NCBI GenBank assembly: GCA_030704615.1
Contig: CM060733.1
Coordinates: 47,306,001-47,370,000 of the forward strand
Direction of reading: 5' to 3'
Source: Takakia lepidozioides
Taxonomy: Eukaryota > Plantae > Bryophyta
Length of the DNA: 64,000 nt
The position numbers were made by a program, and so were the translations under genes. The notes below the pieces were generated by a model. That model searched no databases. It was not told the DNA's origin and saw only the letters and a list, made by a program, of their open reading frames with translations. The number at the start of each line of letters is the position of its first letter. The stretch's first letter is position 1. Below are positions 34,841 to 46,120 of the stretch, one piece after another.

Positions 34841-36308
34841 GGGAAATATTGAATTTTTTTTATCACTGGAAAATAGTAAATTGGGATTTTCTATAGCAAG
34901 TACATCTAGCAAAAGAAAACGGATTCGTAAACCTTGCATTCCATTATTGAGTGGTCAATACGATGAAGAACTAGGTACTATCAAGCTAGAATATGAATTT
35001 TCAGGAACTGTAGGTTGTTGTAATCCAAGGTGTCAATGAAATATTGTACTGGAAGATGTTGGGAGAGGCTAAGAGAGATCCAAGGAGAGATCATGAGAGG
35101 CTAAAAAGCCCTGAAAATTTGTGAAAGACTGCAACAGACTGAAAAACTATGGAAGTTCAAACATTCTTTCAGTTCGTTGTGAGGTGAAGTTTAAATACGT
35201 ATATATATCATCGGTAAATAACAACATTAATAAATACATAAATCAATTTTTTTTATTTAAAAATAGTGATTGTAAAGATTATATGAAAGCTGATTATCAA
35301 TGACATTTGAGAGTACTGACAAAACAAAATGTCCTCATTATTTATTATAAGATAAACAAACTTTTATCTTTAGTTATTATCTGAATGGTTACATGTCACA
35401 TATAGCATTCATTAGTGGAAACTGAGAAAATAGATGGATTGTCATTATTTATTACAAATAAAACAAAATTTTATTTTGTGATAAGTATCGTAATGATTGT
35501 TGGGCATTACTGATCGCCTTGACGAACTCTACTATTTATTAAGATTCATAATAATCATCTCTACCAACTCCATTCATTAATTTAAAAATATAATTACTAG
35601 TAGTGGTTATAAAGATTTATGGATGCTGATTATTAATTACACACAGATTATGCATTTAAAGTAACTGACCAAATCTTAATGGTTACATAGCATATCACGT
35701 GTAGGATTTATTACACAGAACTGATAAATATATGGGTTGTCATTATTTGCTCCAATTTGTTTTTAACCTGTTTTCAATAAATATCATCATAATTGTTCAT
35801 CCCACAAACCTACATCTTTATTGCAAATGATTCGAATATAGCAACAAAATATAAAAAGATAAATTACTATTTACATTCGTTCCAAGTCTTAGAGCCGCTC
35901 TAAGAAACCCTTAGAGTGAGAAAAAGGAACAAGAAAAATTAATACTTATATTCGCTCTAAGGATTTCATAGAGCGAGAAAAAAAAAATTTTTATATTCGT
36001 TCTAAGGATTCGTTAGAGCTGCTCTAAGGATTTCTTAGAGCGAGAAAATAAAAATATATAAATTATTATTTTTATTTGATCCAAAGATTTGTTAAACCTT
36101 ATCCCTGGAAAAACATATTATCATTTGTCACAATCCCAAGCTTATATCCTCTCGACTTTTTTGCAGGATTTGAATCTGGCCGCGCTATTAAAGAATTTGT
36201 CGATGGTGAATTCAGTTTTCGAAAGAAGCTTGGAGATGAACCTGCTACTGGTATAATCTATTCTTAAAATTATTTATTTACATATTTATTGATTCATTTA
36301 TTTATTAA

Positions 36309-37366
36309 CCCCTAAACGACGACGCGACCCGGATCGGGTCGCGTCGTTTTACATCCATCCCCGTAGTTTCCGTGGATGAAGTCCGATGGAAACGCCGTCT
36401 GAACGGAAAATGTGCGCCCCGCTGTCCTCTACACGCTCCGGCAAAAAAATCTTGATTTGAGTAAATGCCCTGCATGCTAGGATTTTTCAAGTGTCAGATT
36501 TTGCATGGTTTTGAGGGGGGCCACGTTGTTTGACCAGCCACATGGTCAGCGTGAAGGGGAAATGCGGCGAGCATTGCGGCGGGGGCCACCTGCAGGGTGA
36601 GTGGGTTGGCCCTGCATGCCCGTGCGTCGTCATGGACAGGCCACCCGCCAAAGCCAGGGGTAGTCGCCGAGGTGACGGGCGACTTAGGGGCTGATCGTCT
36701 CGGTTTCCCTTTTCACCCTCAGCGGGCCCTACGTTTTTGCCTGACGTGGCCCGAAACAAAGTCGTTGGAGACCCCACCGGACCGGCACCCAAATGCCTGA
36801 ATTGGCATTAGCCTGAAAATTGCCAAAATACCCCATCCACGAAGCAATTAGTGTCTGAATCCAATAATTTTTTGTGGAGGTCCTTTACATTGGGGCGCAG
36901 CATCTACTGACCGTAGGAATCAGGATTCAAAACAGTTTTGCTGATCATTTTGAAGCATTGGGGTAAGTAGAGTAAGATCCGTTTTGACCCCCCCAAACTC
37001 ACATACAAAGTAGCCCCCCTATATTTTGAGAATTTCGGTCTGAGATTTTGGGAGATGACCTGTTGTTTGCCCTTTATTCAGATTCTGGCCATTTCTTCAA
37101 GAAAAATTGAAAAATCGCCAAACATGCATGGTCAAAGCAATTTTTCCTCTTTTGTTTTGTTCATTGAGAATTTGCTTTTGTTATAATCTACTAAATGGAA
37201 CGGTCAAAACTGCTGAAATTTCCTGAGGACCTTCATGTAATTAGTGTTGTTGAGATGGAACGGTTCATCCAGCTGGATGTAAGGGGGTAGGAAGTTACAG
37301 CTCAGCAATGCAGGGTATATATCCCTTTTTGGGAAAACTGCCAAAAGTTAGCTCGTCGTTTAAGGG
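36309..37366. mobile_element. Non-autonomous piggyBac-like element (1058 bp)
   Basis: TTAA on both sides (36305-36308, 37367-37370). TIRs CCCCTAAACGACGA and TCGTCGTTTAAGGG match at 13/14. GC-richer than its AT-rich flanks. Confidence 0.8.
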
Positions 37367-38003
37367 TTAAATACGTTATGTTGGACTAAAACAAGTGACT
37401 TCTATATTTTACATGTACTACAAAGTACTTTCTTCACACTTTCGGGAGAGTTTTGGTGGAAAAACACTCATAAAAAAGTACGGCATGAATTTATTGAATG
37501 GTCACACCAAAGGGAGTAGAGTATACCAGATGAGATAGCTTCATTTTTTTTTTATTCTAAAAAATTATCAGACACATTATCTCAAATTTCTAAGAGATAT
37601 TAAAATTTATAACATATATTATCATGCCACTTGAATGTTTCTTTTTTTTTTTTTTTTTTTGAAAGAGAAGGGGAGGGGGGAAAAAAAATGAGGGAATGTT
37701 ACATCATTTCAACAAATTTATCAAATTCATGGTAATATTCAAGCATGATATTAATATTATATATATTAATATAAAAATATTAGAAAAATAATAATCATAT
37801 TATAAATATATATGTATATATATAAGAATATGAGACTAATAATAACTTAAATAACTAAATTTTAATAATAATTAGAAGGTTTAGCTAACACATATTGACG
37901 TGGCATTTTGCCGGAAGACAATACGGATAATGTAAGAACTTAATGGACGCGTGTGATCTGACAGTACTTTCGCCCGATTCTGGCAACCTGTACTCCTCCG
38001 GCG

Positions 38004-41000
38004 CAGTGTTTTTTTTTTTTACATATGTAAAATAGCGCGAGTGGCATCTTTGGTGGACTGGCTAGAGCCCATGTGGCTTCTGGTCCCAAAACTACCTCGA
38101 ATATGGTGGCTATTTGTGTATTGCAAAGGCCAATATATGGCTACAAGTATTTATGGGCATTATCAAGACATGGAGAAACAATAAAATATAATCTAGGAAT
38201 GAAAAGGCGATTGTTGTTTGCAAGCAATAGACTAAGTGGCGCCACTGCGAAAAAATACATCCAAAAATGGCGATTTGGAGATTAGCGTTTGAAAAGTCTG
38301 CAATAGTTAATCTAATCACCTGGCACCAGCTAGCTCCATGGCATAGCTGACCAATAAGAACATCCTACAACACATCAGATTATCCTCTCTAATCTACAGA
38401 TTGAGACCTGGTACATCAAGTACCCGATGCTTCACTTCTCTCCAATTAGCAATTGAAATGAAATGTTTCCTTTGTGTAAAACTTCTGTGAATACATGCGG
38501 ACAATGGTATTCAGGTGGCCTGACAAACGATTACAGAGTTTTGTCTTCATAAAAGCCAACGTGCTAAATGTCCGTTCGTCCTCCACTGATCCTAGTACTT
38601 GAACCATCGCAAGTTCAGCAAGTTTCATGTGTTCACTGATGCGTTGATTAAGAAGACCGTTGCTGGACAGTTTGACCCACAACTTTGTGAGAGGGTTCAG
38701 ATCGAAAGGCTCACCCATTGCTACAACACAATTGTTTTTCATGGTCAACTTGAACGAAGAGCTTTGCAAGTCCAAAACCTGTCCATCAAGAGGTGCATCT
38801 ACCCAATTATCTTTTGGTGTCACCTACCTCGGCACACTATATGCACGTTTCAAGACAGCCAAGTGCATAGGGAAAGTGGCCTCACAGTCAGGCTGAAGCC
38901 AGTACTGGGGATAAACAACCCCAAGAGCGTTCATAATTTCATTGTCAGGGAAGCGTCTCTCCAATTCGTTGATCAAAAGATGAGCTGCACCTGAACATTG
39001 ATGCTTCACCTCCCCAACCCAATAAGTGAAATCATCTCTGGTAAGAGGGCTCAATAATCGAGTGGCTGGTGAATGAGCATGTACCAGATAAGACTGCCCT
39101 AAGATCCGAAAAGCCAAGTGTTCATTGTAAGTGTTCAGATCAGTCACCCAGTCATGTGTGATGAATGCCGAGGTGTTGTCAACCACGTCAATGAAATCTT
39201 GGAAGGAATCTGAGTTGAAGGCAGTATCAGGGTTGATGTACGTGGAGTACAAATCAGCTTGACAGATCTGGACTGCGGCAACAAAATCGCAAACGAAGAC
39301 ATCTCGAGATTGTGCAAACAATATCAAATTGTTGACACACTCCAACAAGGGCATAATACATGGTAACCCCAAGATGGCCTCCACATCACATAGAGTAGTG
39401 AGGTTAGATTTAACAGCTGCAGAAGAAGAAGAGTCGGTGGCCATCTTCACGATCAAAGTTTTGTACTTGGCTTGAACTCTCTTCAAAGGTGCTAACATGT
39501 TAATCCACATTGTCTTCACATTCCTCATTATCTTCAATCCTTCTGTTTCCACAATATCAGCCAGCTTTGAAATTTCAAGACAACGTTTGGGTGATGAAGA
39601 GAAGTACCCATACAACACTTGAAGCAAGTCTTCCAATCTGGTAACAATCGACAGATTTGACAAAGCCTGCACAGCTAAGTTTGTCCGGTGTGCCATGCAG
39701 TGAACATCGATGAGAAATGGAGCATGTTGCTCTCATTTGAACCGTGACACCAGTCCTTAGACCTTGGAAGGTTGACACGCCATCAACACCTAGACACATT
39801 AATCTCTCACGAATGTTCTGTTCTGAGATACCACCATAGTTTATCATACTCCCCCAAATGACTTTGGTAAGGCGATCTGCACTTCCTCCCTCGACAATCC
39901 GTTCAAGGGTCACTAACACGGGGATATGCTTCCAAGCCTGAACCACATACACATGGACTGACAACCAACTTTGGTTGTCAATCGTAGTTACTTCATCGGC
40001 AGATATGGACAAAAACTTGGATCCCTTCAGAACCTCTTTGGTTGTCTGCAACACTACTCTGTGCATACTATTTGTCATCTCCCATGTTGACGAGTCACTC
40101 CAATGCTTGACAGGGTTCCGAGGGACCTTCAAAAACTGATACAAACTTTGGAAGCCTTCATAATCTGTCATGGGTCGACCTTCACATAACAGGTGAAATA
40201 CTATAACAAATTGCACAAGCTTTTTCTTTCTCTTTGCAACTACACCATGCACCACTTGATCCAAGACAATTTCACAACGAGCAGATGCAAACAATCATTC
40301 GTTCCTGACACATCATTGTTTTGCACAAAGTAAAAATCACCCACTGCCACCCCAGGCATTGCTACCCTTGCCTTTCTTCTGCCAGCATGCTTCCACAGTG
40401 AATCTAACTTAGGAACAAGAAGCTTATCTCTGCCCTCTATCTTGGTACACACTTTGCACCGGACCTACTGGATTCTCCCATCTTGACCACAATTAGATTC
40501 AGCCCAAGGAAGCTTACTCGCCCATATGTCTTGAAACTTCCTGTGAATCTCATACTCATGCTTCGCTTTTTGTTTTCAGCGATGAGTGTAGCCTCAAGAG
40601 GGTCGGGCAAGGTCACATCAACCACCTCAGGCACGACATCGGAACAATTAACAACGACAGATGTGCTCGAGGAAGCCACATCTGACCCACGGACCCTCCT
40701 ATCAAAGAAAGTTTTGAATCTAAAATTTGCCGGTTGTTGCAAGGGGGCCATCGTGAAAGCAAGAGCAAGAAATCCTCACCAAAATCCCATAACCTCATAA
40801 ACCACTGACTCTGCCCATGTATGACCCACAAACCTCGAATGAGGTATTCACACAAATGCATGGTTATTTTATACATTGACATAGAACCATGCAACCCTAA
40901 GTGAAGAGGAGTGAAGGGAGGAGTGAGTGAGGGAGGAGTAAAGGGACTCTGATCCGTCGAACTCCTACTTACTGTAGTGCACGGCAAGGCCGCGCAAAGG

Positions 41001-41477
41001 CTGTGCCAACACAGCCATTCCACCATTATTCAAAATTGAGCGGCTAACCAAAGTGGCGCTTCTACTACGCCATAAATGCCATAAACTATCCCTCTTTTCC
41101 TACTCCTGCCAACCTGTATTATTATACACCCCCCTTAGTGCAACCTGGTGGCGACAACCACTCCAACCATCGAACAGTTGGGTGGCGATAATGCATGCAA
41201 GCTGCCTAGGAGTCTGGCTTCCCCTCCCCCATCCAACGGGGAAGAAGGCGATGCTCTAACTTCCAAGGCGAGCATCTGGCCCCACATGCCCACAGCCCTG
41301 ATGCATAGGATGGCGACACCTAGCACTTGGGGATGGCTGTTGTGGCCTCTCATGGAGTCCGTTACGATGGATTTGGCGAAATGCTCCTTAAAATTGCCCT
41401 CATTTCCCTATATAGAGATAGCTCATGATTGGGCCAGGTAGTAATTTGGCAAAAATTTGCCAGCAAAAAAAACGCTG
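38004..41477 (-). mobile_element. hAT DNA transposon, full length
   Basis: TIRs CAGTGTTTTTTT and AAAAAAACGCTG; perfect 8-bp TSD CTCCGGCG at 37996-38003 and 41478-41485; contains a transposase. Confidence 0.95.
38446..40751 (-). pseudogene. hAT (ZNF862-like) transposase, disrupted
   Basis: SISADEVTT, CLGVDGVSTFQG, HCMAHRTNL, and the dimerisation motif GSVEDERTFSTLAFMKTKLCNRL; split over five ORFs. Confidence 0.9.
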
Positions 41478-41492
41478 CTCCGGCGGGGCCCC

Positions 41493-41976
41493 TGTCAAAT
41501 CCTCCCCACCCCCTCTTACCTGGGTTTCACTATTAAATACGTAAGAATCCAAGTGGGCTGCAAACTGAGGTGGGAAGCGTGATGTGAAGGTGATAGCATT
41601 GCAGGCGGCGAGGTTCAGGGTTCGATTCTTGATGGTAGACTCTTGTAGTGTAACCCCGGTCAATGTAACCCTTCAGTTGGTGTAACCCTCTGTAACCCCG
41701 GTTTCTCATGTAATTCTGGTTAGTCCATTTTATACTTGGACACATTTGGACTTAGTCACGTTTCGACACCAAGTGAGGACCAAGTGTGGGTTACTCCAAT
41801 TGGAGTTATACTCCACTCTATGTAACCCCGAGTGGAGTTACACACCTCGTCGTGTAACCCAATATAACGCCAAGTGGAGCTACTCACCTCGTCGTGTAAC
41901 CCAATCTAACCTCGACTGGAGTTCACACTCCTTCAGTTCCATGTCACTCTCAAGAGAGGGTGAGGAAGATTTGACA
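41493..41976. mobile_element. TGTCA...TGACA-ended MITE or solo-LTR-like repeat (~485 bp)
   Basis: ~25-bp TIRs tgtcaaatcctccccacccctctt and aagagagggtgaggaagatttgaca; internal tgtaaccc repeats; a partial second copy lies at 15920. No clear TSD. Confidence 0.65.
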
Positions 41977-43439
41977 TGCCAAAACCGTCGTACCATCCTG
42001 TCAGAGATTGCACGTGTGCATTAAATTCTTACATTATTCCTATTATCTTCCTATTTTGTCTTGTTTACGAACAGGATTTGGTACTAGCTGGCATCCTAAC
42101 AACAAACCAACAGTCAATTATCAACAATATTAATCACTTATCATCTACATAAATCAATTATCATTCTATCCATCATCGATCATCAAATATCCAATTTTCA
42201 TCAATCATTTATTTTTACTTATTACATATTTATTTATTCATATCAAGATATGTTTTACCATTGCATCTTCATATGTCAACTTTAAAAAACATATTACTGT
42301 ATAAATTAACTTATTTAAATATTAAATATTAAAAACAATAATTTATACTTTTATTTATTTAAATATAATAAATATAACAGTAATAAAAATAATTTATTGT
42401 CACCTCAGATTCATCATTCCAATTTAAATCCAATCAATCAACTAATTTATCATATTAGATCTCAAAAACTCCAAATATATTAAATGTAACAATAATATTA
42501 TCGAATTTATTTTAACTGTTAATAATAATAATAATAAAATTAATATATAATAATACAGTATATATTTATTACTTTAAAAAAAATCAAGATATCATACATA
42601 ATAATATATTACTATATTATATCATGTTTTCAACCTCAGATTTCATCATTTCAATTAGTTCAAAATCCATTTAGTCAAATTATTTATCATATTATATTTC
42701 ACGGCCTCTTTTTTATTTAACCTTTATGGTTAATATTGAAGGCTTTTTGGCCATAATTTTGTATGCTATAATGGATAGCTATAAGGGTTCGAATTCCTAT
42801 ACAAAAACAAAGTAGTTGTGAGTTCCAAAGTTGAAATCCAAGGACTTAGTTCTTCTTGAGTTCCCGACTTGTGGTCTATCATTCAGACATTATCAGTCAT
42901 CAGATTCTCCGTCACAATTTACCGTTCAGGCCTTATGGCAGCCTTCGGGCCTATAAGGGTTTTAATTTGTTTTCCTTCAATAATTCAAATAAAAAATTAA
43001 CGGGCTACCTCCTCTTTCCTCCAATTAATTAATTAATATCTATTAATAATATGGCTATTTGGCTAAAAGAAAAAAATTGACGTTGAAGTTATTGCGAATA
43101 TCAAAGCTGAAATCCAGGACTTGTTCTAGGGACTTAGTTCTTCTCGAGTTCATGACTTGTGGCCGATCGTTCAGACGTTAGCAATCATCTTCTTCGTCAC
43201 GGTTTACCGTTCAGGCCTTATGGTAGCCTTCGGGCCTATAAGAGTTTTCATTTTTTTCTCGTCAAATCTTTTTTTGATGTTGATGACGATGACATTTTTA
43301 GAATTATTCTCCGACCTTCAATCGATGCTAGAATGTCACTTTTTGATAGAAATGTATTAGGGTTTAGCCAAAATCTGTCGACGTGGCCTTCTGTCTTGCT
43401 GAGAAAGAAAAACTTGGCACTAGCTGACATCCTAAAAAG

Positions 43440-46120
43440 TTCCAATATTGATCATTGCAATGTAGGATATTGTGCATTACTCTTTTCCTAGCAACTACTG
43501 AAGCAAATAATGGGATGATTTTATAATCAACATATTCATTTTATTGTCATAAGCCCTATCCAAAGGGCTTCAGAATCATTGTGTTAGATTTATCATTTGT
43601 ACAAATTGCTCCAGCAAAATCGAATGTCATATAGCGGTGGAACTTAAGTTACAAAAAAACAAAAACTAGATGAAAGAAAATGTACCACTATCCAATTTAC
43701 TAGCTACAATATTGATCATTTGTAGGATATTACTAACCATTACTCTTCCACTAGACACTACTGGAGCAAAATATTTGGATGAGTTTATATTCAACATATT
43801 CATTTCATCTTCATAAGCCTGCCAATCCTTCTCGTCTGAAAGTTGCTGATATACTCCATCCAGGCAAGCAATCGGTGATTCCCATCCCAGCAGACTATTG
43901 ATGTACTAGGATATACTATTGGATGAAGCTGGTCAAATTTTCTATACTTTCTAATGATGGGGTGATCTAAGGAAAAATATTGACCCAATTCTTTCAAGGT
44001 TGTAGGAGTAACACATACACAATTATTGATAAACCTATCTCTCAACCACACTACAACTTCATAAGACAATCTTTCTTTTTCTATCCCCAAAATGAAATAA
44101 GAAACCACATTTGTATCTAAAAATACAAAAGCCCCATTCAAATCTAATCCCCAATTATATGCACTTTAGTTTGAATGATCATCATTTTCCATTGATAAAA
44201 AAGAACAAGAACAAAACACCTGCATGAAAGTGATCATATTAATTAGTACATGCAGATCAATTTTCAAGTAAACAAGAACTGTCACACGCTCATACAGAAA
44301 ACTGTTACTTGTTACTACAAACTTCATTACAGTACTCTACACAAACTTACACTCTTTCTATATCAACAACAACACACACATAACCTCTCCTCACTCAACT
44401 TCACAGCCGCAACGCTCATGAGCCAACCACAACTATTTGCTACAGTCGCAATTACACCTCATGAACAAACCATATCAACTGTTTATCACATCGCGAGCCT
44501 GGAATCAAGAAACGCGCGCAGTTCCTCACCTAACACCACCTCTCCTCAATCAAATCACCACAACAACAACACCTCAAAATCGAATCAGAACAGCTTACCA
44601 CGTCGTGAGCCGGATTCAAGAAAGGTACGCTGCGAGACTCTTGAATGCACCAAAAGCCTCGACGAGCCAAAGGGCTTCAGAGCCATTGTGTTAGATTTAT
44701 CATTTATATAAATTGCTCCAGCGAAATTGGATAATTTTATTATGCGGGTAGAACATAAGCTAGAAAATCAAAACTAATTGATAGAAAATGCAACACTATC
44801 CAATTTATTAGCCGCAATATTGATCATTGCAAACCGTCGTAGGATTTGTGCATTACTCTTCCGCTAGAAACTATTGGAGCAAATAGTTAAGAAGCAGATT
44901 CATTTTATCGTCATCAGCTTGATCCAAAGCGCTTCGGAATCATTGTGTTAGATTCAACATGAATACAAATTGTGCCAGCAAAATTGAATGTTATATTATG
45001 CAGGTAGAACCTAAGTTTGAAAAAATAATAATAATTAAAAAAAATGGAACACTAACCAATTTACTAGCTGCAATATTGATCATTGCAGACCATTGTAGGA
45101 TGTTGTGCATTACTCTTTCCCTAAAAACTACTCGAGCGAATATTTTGAATGAGTTTATAGTCAGCAAATTGAATTCATCGTCACAAGCCGATCCAACGGA
45201 TTCAAAATGATTGTATTAGATTCATCATGTATATAAATTGTGTCAACAAAATTGAATGTTGTATTATAAGGCTAGAATCTAAGTTTGAATACAAAAACTA
45301 ATTGAAAGAAAATGCAACATTATCCAATTTATTTGTTGCAATATTGATCATTGCAAACCGCTGTAGAATGTTGTGCGTTATAAACTACCGGAGCAAATAT
45401 TTTGGATGAGTTTATAATCAGCAGATTCATTTTATCGTCATAAGCACGATCCAATGGGCTTCATAATCATTGTGTTAAATTCACTATGCATATATATATA
45501 TTGCTCCAGCAAAATTGAGTGTTGTACTATGGGGGATAGAACCTAAGCTAGAAAAACAAAACTAATTGAAAAGCAGCACAATCCAATTTACTAGCTGCAA
45601 TATTGATCATTGTTGTAGGATGTTGTACATTTCTCTTCCCCTAGAATTTACAGGAACAAATATTTTGGATGAGTTTATAATCAGTAGATTCATTTATTGT
45701 CATAAGCCCAATCCAAAGGGCTTCAAAATCATTGTGAATCATTCATCATATATATAATTTGCTCCAGCAATATCGAATGTTCTATAAGGGTTAGAACCGA
45801 AGTTGAAAAAAAAAAAACCAATTGAAAAAATGTCTGGGTGAGCCCCACTATAAGAGCAAGACACCTTGCACGCTTCTATGTACAGGCCTGGGATCTATGG
45901 CCTCAACACTACAGTAAGTTATCTCTGACATGGTATGTAGTCTACTAGCTAGCACAGTGTGTATTGGAAGCAATCTTGAAGATTTCGGAGATAGTCTAGA
46001 TAATGTACATTTGCATTGTGACAACACATATAAATTGTTTATAAATTGCTCTAGAGAAATTGAATGTTATATTATGGAGATAGAACCTACTAAGTTACAA
46101 AAAAATAAAATTAATTTAAA
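43440..46120. repeat. Degenerate ~260-bp tandem array, interrupted at ~43815-44660 and ~45833-46030
   Basis: The anchor ccaatttactagctgcaatattgatcatt recurs near 43440, 43691, 44800, 45056, 45324 and 45583. Confidence 0.9.
43800..44141 (-). pseudogene. Gene fragment with PIN-like N-terminus and a ParB/Srx-like DGNHR motif
   Basis: VFLDTNVV...VTPTTLKEL followed by VCWDGNHRLLAW. No ATG, but a possible AG acceptor lies upstream. Confidence 0.45.

Larger units (their letters stand above)
37913..42051. mobile_element. Mutator-like non-autonomous element hosting nested insertions
   Basis: ~70-bp imperfect TIRs (GGAAGACAATACGGATAATGTAAGAACTTAATG vs reverse complement GGAAGATAATAGGAATAATGTAAGAATTTAATG). 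Degenerate 9-bp TSD cattttgcc/tattttgtc with two C>T differences. Confidence 0.7.

Noticed and set aside
15920-41976. A giant 26-kb element bounded by ~200-bp inverted repeats
   Set aside because: No TSD, and the right repeat is one end of a self-contained 485-bp element (41493-41976), so these are two dispersed copies.
42870-42910. Hammerhead ribozyme (CTGATGA on the minus strand)
   Set aside because: No GAAA core or consistent stems, and the motif is not kept in the duplicate unit.
43440-46120. CRISPR array or NHL-repeat coding sequence
   Set aside because: There are no short identical repeats with unique spacers and no cas genes. The NHL-like translation needs a frameshift and the units share stop codons.
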